This document shows, piece by piece, positions 24,983 to 35,542 of a stretch of DNA of 64,000 nt. Below the pieces are notes generated by a model. That model was not told where the DNA came from, made no database searches, and worked only from the letters and a program-made list of their open reading frames with translations. The DNA is from Deinococcus sp. Its GTDB lineage: Bacteria > Deinococcota > Deinococci > Deinococcales > Deinococcaceae. The position numbers and the translations under genes are program-made. The DNA lies in NCBI GenBank assembly GCA_965261005.1, contig OZ253375.1:928001-992000 (forward strand), written 5' to 3'. Each line of letters starts with the position of its first letter. Within the stretch, counting starts at the first letter, position 1.

Positions 24983-25555
24983 TTAAGGGGATTGGGGGGG
25001 CGGCTCCGCTGGCGGCGGCTCGCCAGGTGGAGTGACGGGCGGGATCGCGGGCGGCGCTGTCTCTGCGGGCGGGGGGGCCGTGTCTTCGGGCGGCCCTGCT
25101 GGTTCAGCCGCCGGTTCAGCAGCCGGCTCCGCTGCCGGAACCGGCGCGGGCGGGATGATGGGCACCTCGGCCAGCTCGAATTGGCGCAGCACATCGCCGC
25201 CGAAGGTCACGACGGCGCGGTAAAAGCCCTTGTCTGGGGCAGGCAGGCGGAACGTGGACGCCGGCTCGCGGGCGTCCAGGTACGCCTGGTCGCGGCCCAG
25301 TTCGGTGTCGCCGCGAAACCACACCACGCTCAGGTAGCCCGCTTGGCGCCTCGCGTCGAGCTTCACCGTCAGCACCAGGTTCTCGCCGCTGCGCGTGAGA
25401 CTGCCGGCGCTCAGGCGGGCCGGAAAGGTGCCCTGCACCGTCGGCGGGATGATGGGAAAGGTGGTGTAGCGACAGGACGTGAAGATACAGGCCAGACACA
25501 GCAGCGCGGCACGTTTTTTAAACGCTTGATGTTTGAATCCTTGATGGTTGAGCAC
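24983..25555 (-). CDS. Putative lipoprotein with Pro-rich tail
   Basis: KKRAALLCLACIFTSC lipobox-like segment; AAEP repeats; start uncertain (GTG 25555). Confidence 0.65.
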   Translation of the reverse strand: MLNHQGFKHQAFKKRAALLCLACIFTSCRYTTFPIIPPTVQGTFPARLSAGSLTRSGENLVLTVKLDARRQAGYLSVVWFRGDTELGRDQAYLDAREPASTFRLPAPDKGFYRAVVTFGGDVLRQFELAEVPIIPPAPVPAAEPAAEPAAEPAGPPEDTAPPPAETAPPAIPPVTPPGEPPPAEPPPQSP

Positions 25556-25556
25556 T

Positions 25557-26243
<687 letters not shown>

Positions 26244-27038
26244 TTAAGGCGTCACCTTGACCAGCGCCCACTCGCCACGGGTGCGAATCTGCGGGCCACG
26301 AAATCCCTCGCGCTCCAAGGCGGCCAGCACGAGGGGCAGCTTCTCGGTCAGGATGCCGGTGAGGATCAGCGTACCCCCGGCCCTGAGCACGTCGTTGTAC
26401 TGTTCCATCAGCGTGTCGTGCAGCTCGGCGTAGAGGTTGGCGACGACCACCCCGAAGGCGGCCTCGCCATACAACTCCCGCGCATCCGCCAACGTTCCCT
26501 CTAAAAAGGTCAGCGTCTCCCCTCCTGAGAGGCCGTTCAAGGCGGCATTTTCGCGCGCCGCCGGCAGGGTGACGGGGTCGCTGTCCACGCCCACGGCGAG
26601 CGCGGCCCCCAGCAGCGAAGCCCCCAGCGCCAGCACGCCCGAGCCGCTGCCCACGTCCAGCACGGTCTTGCCCGTGGGCGCCACCTCTTGCAGCGCCTCC
26701 AGGGCCAGCTGGGTGGTCGCGTGATGTCCGGTCCCAAAGGCCATGCCGACCTCGATCACCAGGGGGATTTGGCCGGGCGGCACCTCTTCGCGCAGCCACG
26801 GCGGCACCACCGTCAATTGGCCCGCCGTGACCGGCTGCAAGTCCTGCTTCCAGACCTTTTGCCAGTCCTGCTCGCGCTCCTGGGACCACTCGCCCCCTAT
26901 GGGCAGCTCTAGTTCGTCCTCGAAGTAGGCGCGCACCACGCCGCCGCGCTGCTCCAGGCCCGTGGCGCCCGCCGCCCAAAGCACATCCCAATTGGCGCCC
27001 TCGTCGTCCAGCGTGCCCGGCACCGAGTAAACCCACAT
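26244..27038 (-). CDS. prmA: Ribosomal protein L11 methyltransferase
   Basis: [33 protein letters not shown]. Confidence 0.93.
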   Translation of the reverse strand: MWVYSVPGTLDDEGANWDVLWAAGATGLEQRGGVVRAYFEDELELPIGGEWSQEREQDWQKVWKQDLQPVTAGQLTVVPPWLREEVPPGQIPLVIEVGMAFGTGHHATTQLALEALQEVAPTGKTVLDVGSGSGVLALGASLLGAALAVGVDSDPVTLPAARENAALNGLSGGETLTFLEGTLADARELYGEAAFGVVVANLYAELHDTLMEQYNDVLRAGGTLILTGILTEKLPLVLAALEREGFRGPQIRTRGEWALVKVTP

Positions 27039-27086
27039 GCGCCCAGTGTAGCGGCACGCCCGTGGCGCGTGCGTATAATCGGGCGC

Positions 27087-27878
27087 ATGAAGCTGGCCAT
27101 CGTGGGCGTGGGCAAGCTGGGGCTGGCCCTGCTGGAGGGGCTGACCCAAAAGGGCGTGCTGCCGCCGCAGGAGATCGGTTTGCTCGACCTGAACGTGGCG
27201 CGCGCCGAGGAGTTGGCAGAGCGCTGCGGGGCGCGGGTGATCCGGGCAGGGGACTTGGCGAGGGCCGAGCGCGCCCTGCTGTGCCTCCAGCCGCGCACCT
27301 TTCCTGGCGTGGCGGAGGGCTTGGCGCAGCCGGGGGCCGGCTACCTGTCCACCATGGCAGGCGTGAGCCTGGCGACCCTCTCGCGGCGCCTGGGCACCCG
27401 GCGGGTGGTGCGGGCCATGCCCAACCTGGCCGCCACCATCGGCCGGGCGCAGACGGCTTTGGCCGCCCCGCGTGAGGCCGTCGAGCACGGCGACCTCGAC
27501 TTCGCGCGCCGCCTGTTCGGCGCGGTGGGCGACGTGTACGACTTGCCCGAACACCTCTTCAACACCTTCACCGGCATGAGCGCCTCTGGCCCCGCCTACG
27601 CCGCCGTCTTCGCCGAGGCCCTGGCCGACGGCGCGGTACGCATGGGCCTGTCGCGCCCCCTGGCGCAGGAGTTGGCCGCCAAGCTGCTAATCGCCTCGGG
27701 GGAATTGCTGCTCGGGCGCGCCCATCCGGCCATGCTGCGCGATGAGGTCGCCTCGCCGGGCGGCACCACCATCGCGGGCCTGGCCGAATTGGAGCGCGGC
27801 GCCATGCGCTCGGCCCTGATCGAGGCGGTCGTGGCCGCCACCAAGCGCGGCGCGGAGTTGGGGAGGGACGAGGAGTGA
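27087..27878 (+). CDS. proC: Pyrroline-5-carboxylate reductase
   Basis: [26 protein letters not shown]. Confidence 0.94.
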   Translation: MKLAIVGVGKLGLALLEGLTQKGVLPPQEIGLLDLNVARAEELAERCGARVIRAGDLARAERALLCLQPRTFPGVAEGLAQPGAGYLSTMAGVSLATLSRRLGTRRVVRAMPNLAATIGRAQTALAAPREAVEHGDLDFARRLFGAVGDVYDLPEHLFNTFTGMSASGPAYAAVFAEALADGAVRMGLSRPLAQELAAKLLIASGELLLGRAHPAMLRDEVASPGGTTIAGLAELERGAMRSALIEAVVAATKRGAELGRDEE

Positions 27879-27904
27879 ACACTCCGCGACGGCTACACGC
27901 CCAG

Positions 27905-28339
27905 TTACGCGCGCAACGTCTCGGAAGTCCAGGTTGCCAGGCCACACCCCAGAAAATCGCCGTCATTTGTCAGAATGGCCGCGCCGCCGAGGTGCAGCGC
28001 GAGGGCCACCACAGGCCAGTCATTGGAATCGCGCGGAATGCGCCGCCGCGCCTCAACTTCTAGCGGAGCGTAGTCTTGCCCGGCGATTGGCACGGTTTTC
28101 GTTCGCAAAAAGGCCAGCGCCAAGTCAAGGAGTTGCTGCGCCTCAGCCTCACTCACCCGACCCGTCTCCCCGATCAAGCGCGTGCGGCGGCGAAGTTCGT
28201 ATTCTGCTTCGCCCGCCATCCGGTCGGGGACAAACAGGGTCAGGACGGGGTGCCCCAGCGGCGCCCGTCCACGTGGACGCAACACCTCCGCGACCAGCAC
28301 GCTGGCGTCCACGACCAGAGTCGAATGAACGCCGTTCAA
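27905..28339 (-). CDS. PIN-domain ribonuclease toxin
   Basis: LVVDASVL, RDSNDWP, ILTNDGDF; TTG start overlaps the antitoxin stop. Confidence 0.82.
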   Translation of the reverse strand: MNGVHSTLVVDASVLVAEVLRPRGRAPLGHPVLTLFVPDRMAGEAEYELRRRTRLIGETGRVSEAEAQQLLDLALAFLRTKTVPIAGQDYAPLEVEARRRIPRDSNDWPVVALALHLGGAAILTNDGDFLGCGLATWTSETLRA

Positions 28340-28611
28340 TCTGCCGTCTGGGGGGCGTTGGCGCGGGCAAGCCGTTCGATTTCGTCGGCCAACTGTTCCT
28401 GAGTCATGCATGAGCGCTGCGCAATCCGCTCCAGCAAGCGGTTCAGATCGTCGGCCAGTTGGTAAGCGCGCAGCTTGTCCTTGCCCACCTCCTGTCCAAT
28501 CGGCACGTACACGCCGACCGGCTGACCGTAACGTTCGACCACTACGGCTTCTCCCGCGCTCACAATGCTGCTGGCCTGATCCTTGAGTTCTTTGATACCT
28601 ACCGTTCGCAT
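28336..28611 (-). CDS. Phd/YefM-like antitoxin
   Basis: MRTVGIKELKDQAS...VVVERYGQPVG; directly upstream of the PIN gene. Confidence 0.82.
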   Translation of the reverse strand: MRTVGIKELKDQASSIVSAGEAVVVERYGQPVGVYVPIGQEVGKDKLRAYQLADDLNRLLERIAQRSCMTQEQLADEIERLARANAPQTAD

Positions 28612-28722
28612 GAGGCGGTCTTACTTCAAAAGCTGGACCACATTATGGCCCACTGACGGTGGTGGACGAGGAGTGAACTTCCTTAGGGCAAGTTATCTAC
28701 AGAAAACGCTAAGCTGACGCTC

Positions 28723-29268
28723 ATGCGTCAACTCCTGCGCCTGGTCGCCCCGCTCACCCTCTTCGGTCTGAGCTTTTCTCTGGCGGCGGGCGGCTACTAT
28801 CCCAGCGCGCCCGGCACCACTTGGAAGCTCTCGAACGGCGAGGTGCAGCGCCTGTTGGAGCCGCTGAGCGTGCGGGGCGTCAAGGTGACCCCGCTTCAGC
28901 ACAGCGTGAACGGCAAGCTGGTATCCGAGGACCTGCTGGACTTCGCGGGCGGCGGCGTGCGGCTGCGCGGCACCCGCAGCAACAACCAACTGACCTGGTA
29001 CGACCCACCCCTCACGATCTACCCGGCCGCACCCCTGACCCCCGGACAAAACTGGACCAGCACCACGGCGGGGCTGACCCTCAAGTCGCGGGTGATGGGG
29101 CAGGAGGCGCTGGAAAACGGCGCGGGCAAGTTCAACACCCTGGTCATCCGCAACGAGGTCACGACCAGCTCGGGCGGGGCCAGCGCCAGCTACAGCTACT
29201 TCGTGCCGGGGGTGGGCACGGTGCGCTACTTGGACGCGAACGGCGGCGCGGTGGACTTGCAGAGGTAA
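28723..29268 (+). CDS. Hypothetical secreted beta-rich protein
   Basis: Signal peptide; YYP..PGTTW and YFVPGVG motifs. Confidence 0.7.
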   Translation: MRQLLRLVAPLTLFGLSFSLAAGGYYPSAPGTTWKLSNGEVQRLLEPLSVRGVKVTPLQHSVNGKLVSEDLLDFAGGGVRLRGTRSNNQLTWYDPPLTIYPAAPLTPGQNWTSTTAGLTLKSRVMGQEALENGAGKFNTLVIRNEVTTSSGGASASYSYFVPGVGTVRYLDANGGAVDLQR

Positions 29269-29307
29269 ATGCGTCCCGAACGTTCGGGAAAGCCCTTAGA
29301 ATGAGTC

Positions 29308-32300
29308 ATGTCTGAGTACGAAGAGCGCAAGCAAGGTCAGCAGCAGTCCACTGTCGCGGCGCCGCAGATCAGCTACATCCCCCCGCTGCCGGTCCCGGAT
29401 CAGGCGGCCCTGCACCAAGATCAACAGCAGCAGGCGTTGCAGCGCTATCAGCAGTTCTTCGCAACACCAGACCTCGCCCAGCGTTCAAGCGTTACCCCGG
29501 TCTTCGAAGCCGCTCAGGTGCAACGCACCTTGGTCTTGCAGCGTCAGCAATCGCAGCTGGCCTTGCAGCGCCAGATCGAAGCGCTGAGCGAGGGCTTGCC
29601 TCCTCACGCTCTTCAGTCCGCTCTACAACGTCAGGCCGAGCAAGCTCAAGTGCCCGCCTTGCCCCCTATCTTCAATGGGCCGACCAGGTCACAACCTTCC
29701 TACGCCGACCATGCCCAGCGCTACGCCCACGAGTCCGTTGCCTTGCAGCGGCAAGCGGACCAGCACAGCGGCTTCGTCGCCATGTCCGCCTGGCCGACCA
29801 TTTAGGGGCGGGCGACGCAGGACTTGGCGCAGCGCTTCCGAACCGACCTTGCCACTCAGCGCTACGCTGAGTTGGGGCAGAGCTTGGCCGTAGTACAGCG
29901 TCAGCCAAACGGGAAGCAGGTGGCGCGGGTCGTCCTGCAACGCTTGCCGGCGAGTGAGCGTCCTTTGGTACAACGGGCGCTTGACGAGGCAGAAAGCGAA
30001 CATCAGCAGTTCCAAGCGCAGGATCGGAAGGCGTTGGAGCTGCACGCCTTGCAACGGAAGCTGACGGAGGAAGCAAGCGTTGCTCCCCAAGCGATTCCGA
30101 GGGGAAGCGGCCAACCCCTGCCTCTCGCGGTGCAACGACAACTGGAAGTGGGGCTGAACATCCCGAGAGAACACTTGCAAGCTGTCCGAGTCCACGCTGA
30201 CTCCAGCGCTCACAGCTTTGCCAAGTCTGTTCAGGCCATCGCGGCGACGGTCGGAACGAACATCTTCTTTCAGCAGGGCAAGCTGGACACCGAGAGCGCC
30301 GAGGGCCAAGAGCTGTTGGCCCATGAGGTCACCCACACCTGGCAGCAAGCTCAGGGGAAGGTCACGGGCAAGGGCATTGACCCTGACGCTGGGTTAGAGC
30401 ACGAGGCGCGGGACGCGGGCAAGACGTTCGCTCGGCAAGCCAAAACGCCCGAGTTCCTGGCGCGTTTTGAGCGGAGAAGACAAAGCGTGGAGGCGCACTT
30501 TCAAGCCGGACTTCACACGCCTAAAACCGTGCAGCGTCTGGCAGCGCCGACACCCGAGGTGACGTGGTACCGGGACTTCGTGGGCAACGTGGCTGGCGTC
30601 AGCGTCGCGCTCAGCTTGCGGCGCAGCGGGAACACGCTGCACGGCCGCTATCAGTACCACGGTCAAAGCGCTTGGCTCACCGTCGAGGGCGAGATCGAAC
30701 CCCAGCACAAGAGCGTCACGCTGACCGAGCGCGACGAGCGGGGCAAGGTCACCGGCAGCTTCCGGGGGAGCTTCACGGGCAAGGGCGGTGAAACGCTGAG
30801 CGGCACTTGGACCAACGCGACCACTGCAAAGCAGCACCCCTTCAGCTTCACGCTCTCGGAGGTTCACGCTGCACCCAAAGCGCCCCCAGCCCCGGCACCT
30901 TTGCCCACGTGGGAACGGACGTATGGCGGCACCTTGGCGGGCAGCGACCTGAGCCTGCGACTCAAGGGGAACGGTGGTCAAGTGGACGGGCGCTTCACCC
31001 TCGGCACGCTGGGCACGGGCAGCTGTGCGGGGCAGCAGGACGGGGACCAGCTGAACCTGACGCTGACGTATGCGAGCGGCAAGAACAAGGGGCAAAGCCG
31101 GACGCTGGCGCTGACCCTCAAGGGGGAGATGGAACTCAGTGGCAGCTGGGCGGGCGGGGACACCAGCTACGCCCTTTTGCTCTCCTCTCAAGTCCAAGCG
31201 CCGGAGAAGCCCCGAGGCGAGCTTTCGGACGCGGCGGAAGCGGCCGTGATCGCCGCCCTGCCCGCCGCCATGCAAAAGGCCGGCAAGGTGGTGAGCATGC
31301 GGGACGTGCAGCGCAACGTTCCGCTCATCTGGGAGGCATGCCGAAAAGCGGGCGTGACGGACCCGGCCCAAGTCGCCTACATTTTGGTCACGGCGGGTTG
31401 GGAAACTATGCTGGGTCTCGAAGGCTGGATGGTCGAGCAGCCGGGAAGACGTTTGCATTTCAATGAAACTGAAGAGCAGTACTTTGAGACCAAATATGGG
31501 TACCAAACCGACATCGGCGCAAAGCAGCTTGGCAATACGAAGCCGGGCGACGGCTATAAGTACCGGGGACGTGGCTTCGTCCAGCTCACTGGCCGGACAC
31601 ACTACACCTACTGGACGGGGCGTTTGGCGAGCGAGAACTTCAAGGTTGACGGCCAATTGCCGAACCTGATTGACCATCCCGAGCTGCTGACCAGCAACAA
31701 AGTCCTGGCCGCCAAGATTCTGGTCGAGGGCATGCGCGACGGTCAGTTCAGCGGCAAGAAGTTGCACGATTACCTCTCGACCAAGGACCACCAACAGGAC
31801 TTCAAGGGCGCGCGCTGGATCGTGAACTCGCAAGACGCCGCCCAACACCTCGCGGACGGTGCCCAGGCGTTGTTGGGTGAGTTGGGCGAGATGGAAGCGG
31901 ACGAGCAGCCGGCGGGAGCGCTGAAGTACAGCGAGGTCGGCGACGAGCGCAAACGGCAACTCACCAAGCAAAAGATGCGGGCCTGGGGAACGGAGATTGG
32001 CGAGGTGAACGGCGTCAAAGCGTTCTTCAATGCCCGCGACGGCGGCAACCAGGGCAGACACTACTCGACTGATGGCAAGCACTACGACTACGGCCTGAAG
32101 TGGCAGTGCGTGGAGTTCGTGCGACGCTACTATTACGACGTGCTGGGGCATGAGTTCAGGACCAAGGGCGACGCCCACGGCTACTTCGACCACGAGGTCA
32201 AGGATGGTGAAGTGAACGGCGCCCGTGGATTGGTGCAGTACGGAAATGGGAGCAAGACCAGGCCACAAGTCAACGATCTGATGGTCTTCGCGCCACACAG

Positions 32301-32484
32301 CAGCAACGGCCATGCTGGACACGTCGCCATCGTGATCGCTGCCTCCGATGAGGGCGTCACCGTTGCCCAACAGAACGTGGACGCTACTTTCACTCAAAAA
32401 TTTGATCTCAGAAATAATTCGGGTAGTTCTTGGGAAGTCTTATCTAGAACCGTCGCGGTACTTGGTTGGCTTAGAAAGGGGTAG
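29308..32484 (+). pseudogene. DUF4157 (eCIS-associated) protein with GH19/lysozyme-like and CHAP domains, interrupted by in-frame TAG at 29803-29805
   Basis: ORFs 29308-29805 and 29824-32484 share one frame; VRVH...LLAHEVTHTWQQ; GDGYKYRGRGFVQLTGR; KWQCVEFVRRY and GHVAIV. Confidence 0.75.
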
Positions 32485-32488
32485 GAAA

Positions 32489-33142
32489 ATGATAGAAAAG
32501 GTGGTCCTGCCGGTCATTATTTCGTTTATAACGTTGAATCATAATATTGAGTCTAAAGTTTATGGAACTAAAGCGTCCTTATCAAATTCCTCCTTTTGTG
32601 AAAAATATAAATGCAAACTGATAGAAAAGTCGGATTACTCTAAAGCCGCCGGTGTGCTTGGGACCGTTCAATCATTTCACGTTGTCTATCCAATCGAAGA
32701 AGGTCAATCAACAGAAGGTAATTACGCTGATTTTACAGTATATAGAGACAAAACAAATATAATTATTGGGGTATCAGCTCGGTTTTTTGAAGATTACAGC
32801 GGGCAGTTGATATCCTATGCCGATTCCCAATTCGCGACGGATCTAGCGTACTTAATGGTCGGTAAAAAGTACGTCATGCGACCCAACATGGGAGATGACA
32901 TGAGCAGCTTATGCTTCTCCTACCTTGACAAAGATCATCAGTACAAAGTCCTCACCAAAGGGAGCGTCACTACTTCTTCGGGCGAGAAAAAGCCGTATGT
33001 GGTCTACTGCGATATTCTTCCGGGATCACCCTATCCAAACATGTTTCCGGTGAACGAAGAGCGTTACAAAGTCAAGCCCATGCTTGAAATCTTCAGCTCT
33101 GTACAATTCAAACCGGCCAAGCAGTTCGATCCCAGCAAGTAG
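32489..33142 (+). CDS. Low-GC exported protein, candidate immunity protein
   Basis: ATG 4 nt after the toxin stop; hydrophobic N-terminus; AT-rich; Cys pairs. Confidence 0.6.
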   Translation: MIEKVVLPVIISFITLNHNIESKVYGTKASLSNSSFCEKYKCKLIEKSDYSKAAGVLGTVQSFHVVYPIEEGQSTEGNYADFTVYRDKTNIIIGVSARFFEDYSGQLISYADSQFATDLAYLMVGKKYVMRPNMGDDMSSLCFSYLDKDHQYKVLTKGSVTTSSGEKKPYVVYCDILPGSPYPNMFPVNEERYKVKPMLEIFSSVQFKPAKQFDPSK

Positions 33143-33214
33143 TCGCACGCCCACAAGTCGCCGGTTCTGGTTAGGTAGCCGCCAGTCCCCTCGGCGCCCC
33201 GCTACACTGACCCC

Positions 33215-34540
33215 ATGACCGTTCGCGTGTTGCACGTGGCCTCCGAGGTGTTTCCGTTTTCGCGCAGCGGCGGGCTGGCGGACGTGCTGGGCGCCTTGCC
33301 GCAGGCCCAGGGCGAGCAGGGTTTGGAGGTGACGGTCCTTTCACCGTGGTACCGCGACCTCGTGGGCACGCCAAAGCTGGTGCTGGAGCGCGGCGAGGTC
33401 CACTTGGGCGAGTTGCGCGCAGGCGGGGTGCGCTACCTGTTTCTGGGTTTGCCCGAGTTCGATAGGCCCGGCCTCTACGCGCCTGACGACGTGTGGCGCT
33501 TCGCCAAACTGTGCCGCTTGACCTTGCCGGCGCTGGACGCCCTCGGCGTGTTCTTCGATGTGCTGCACGCCCACGACTGGGGCGCCGGGCCGCTGTGCTA
33601 CTGGGCGCGCGGGCGGGCGTTGCCGAGCCTCTTCACCGTTCACAACCTGCAATATCAGGGGAGATGGCGGGGAAGCGAGGCGCTGCTCTGGACCGGCTTG
33701 CCGGCAAGCACCTTCACGCCGCAGGGCGTGGAGTTCTACGGCGACCTCAACATGCTCAAGGCGGGCCTCAGCTACGCGGACGCCCTCAGCACCGTGTCGC
33801 CGACCTACGCCCGCGAGATCACCACGCCACAGTACGGCGAGGGCCTGGACGGCGTGCTGCGTGAGCGGATGGCGCGCGGCGAGCTGCACGGCATCCTGAA
33901 TGGCCTCGACACACAACGCTGGGACCCGCGCACGGATGAGCTGGCCGTTCCCTACGGCGACCCCGAAGGCAAGGCGGCCAACCGGGAAGTTCTGCGCGCG
34001 GAGCTGGGCCTGCGCGGCTTGCCGGTGTTGGCGGCGGTCACGCGGCTGGTGGAGCAAAAGGGGATTGATCTGCTGCTGGAGGCGCTGCCCGCGATCACCC
34101 GCGAGTGGGACGTGGCGGTGCTCGGGGGCGGCGACCCGGGCCTAGAGAGCGCCCTGCGGGACTGGGACGGCCGGGGCTTGCGCTTTTTTCAAGGTCTGGA
34201 CGAACCGCTGGCCCACCGCCTCTACGCCGGCGCCGACGCCTACGTGATGCCCAGCCGCTTCGAGCCGTGCGGCCTGTCGCAGATGATCGCCCTTCGGTAC
34301 GGCACCCCCCCCGTCGTGCGCGACACCGGCGGGCTGCACGACAGCGTGCCCAGGGACGCCGGCTTTCTGTTCGGGGTGCCCAGCGCCCGCGCCCTGACGG
34401 GGGCCGTGCGTGCGGCGCGGGCGGCCTTGAACGATCCTGCCGCTTGGCAAGCGCGAATGCGGCGCGGGATGGCCCTCGACTTTTCCTGGGCCGCCTCGGC
34501 GCGACAGTACGCGGCGCTGTATGGAAAGATCGGCGCGTGA
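33215..34540 (+). CDS. glgA: Glycogen synthase
   Basis: ASE.FPFSRSGGLADV, HAHDW, TVHNLQYQG, PSRFEPCGL. Confidence 0.95.
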   Translation: MTVRVLHVASEVFPFSRSGGLADVLGALPQAQGEQGLEVTVLSPWYRDLVGTPKLVLERGEVHLGELRAGGVRYLFLGLPEFDRPGLYAPDDVWRFAKLCRLTLPALDALGVFFDVLHAHDWGAGPLCYWARGRALPSLFTVHNLQYQGRWRGSEALLWTGLPASTFTPQGVEFYGDLNMLKAGLSYADALSTVSPTYAREITTPQYGEGLDGVLRERMARGELHGILNGLDTQRWDPRTDELAVPYGDPEGKAANREVLRAELGLRGLPVLAAVTRLVEQKGIDLLLEALPAITREWDVAVLGGGDPGLESALRDWDGRGLRFFQGLDEPLAHRLYAGADAYVMPSRFEPCGLSQMIALRYGTPPVVRDTGGLHDSVPRDAGFLFGVPSARALTGAVRAARAALNDPAAWQARMRRGMALDFSWAASARQYAALYGKIGA

Positions 34541-35259
34541 CTCCCCTCGCCGTCATCCTGGTGTCCCCCCGCTCTCCCGGCAACGTCGGCTCGGCGGCGC
34601 GGGCCATGCTGAACATGGGGGCGCGCGACATGCGTCTGGTGGCGCCGCGCTGCGATCCCCTCGACCCCGAGGCGCGGCGCCTCGCCGTTCACGCGCTGGA
34701 GGTACTGGAGGGGGCGCGGGTCTTTCCCGACCTCGCCAGCGCCCTCTTTGACCGTGACGTGGCCGTGGCCTCCACCGCGCGGGCGCGCAAGAATTTGCCC
34801 GCGCCGCGCCCGCCGGGGGAGCTGCGCCCCCTGATTCAGGCGGGCCGCGCCCCCGCCCTGGTCTTCGGCCCCGAGGAATCGGGCCTGACCAGCCAGGACA
34901 TCGCCTTGTGTCAAGCCAGCACCCGCCTTCCCACCGGGGACTACGCCAGCCTCAACCTCGCGCAGGCGGTGCTGCTGTGCTGCTACGAGTTTTTACAGGC
35001 GGGCGAGACCCAGCCGCCCACCTTTCAAAGCGCCACCCGCGCCGAGATGGAGGGCATGTACGGCCATTTGGAGGAGTTCATGCTGGCCGTCGGCTACACC
35101 GACCCCGTGCGCGCGCCCCAAATGCTGCGCCAATGGCGCGCCCTGCTCGACCGCGCCCGCCCAAATTCGCGCGAGGTGCAGTTTCTGCGCGGACTGTGGC
35201 AGCAGGGGTTGTGGGCGGCCCGGCGAAAGGGCGAGGACGAGCGGGACACCCTTTCTTGA
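34537..35259 (+). CDS. TrmJ/LasT-family SPOUT RNA methyltransferase
   Basis: PGNVGSAARAM, VFGPEESGL, SLNLAQAV. Confidence 0.9.
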   Translation: MTPLAVILVSPRSPGNVGSAARAMLNMGARDMRLVAPRCDPLDPEARRLAVHALEVLEGARVFPDLASALFDRDVAVASTARARKNLPAPRPPGELRPLIQAGRAPALVFGPEESGLTSQDIALCQASTRLPTGDYASLNLAQAVLLCCYEFLQAGETQPPTFQSATRAEMEGMYGHLEEFMLAVGYTDPVRAPQMLRQWRALLDRARPNSREVQFLRGLWQQGLWAARRKGEDERDTLS

Positions 35260-35284
35260 CAAACCCGAGCGGCGCACTCAAGAT
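35256..35284 (+). promoter_or_regulatory. Putative feo promoter
   Basis: TTGACA-N17-CAAGAT, 6 nt before the feoA ATG. Confidence 0.5.
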
Positions 35285-35290
35285 TGAGGC

Positions 35291-35542
35291 ATGAACGCCC
35301 CGCACGCCGCCCCCGACAGCGTTGGACTCAGCACCCTCGATGTCGGCGCCGAGGCGCGGGTAGACGTCATAGACAAGAATCACCCGCTGCGCCGCCGCCT
35401 CTTGGAACTTGGCTTCGTGCGCGGCGCCCCCGTCAAGGTCGTGCGCCGTGCGCTTCTAGGCGACCCCACCGAGCTGGCCATCGGTGGGACGCACCTCGCC
35501 CTGCGGGCCTCGGAGTTGCGCGGCGTGTGGGTGAGGGTGTGA
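35291..35542 (+). CDS. feoA: Ferrous iron transport protein A
   Basis: [17 protein letters not shown]; precedes feoB. Confidence 0.9.
   Translation: MNAPHAAPDSVGLSTLDVGAEARVDVIDKNHPLRRRLLELGFVRGAPVKVVRRALLGDPTELAIGGTHLALRASELRGVWVRV

Noticed and set aside
29803..29805. Pyrrolysine recoding of the TAG
   Set aside because: No pyl genes in the window; a nonsense mutation is simpler
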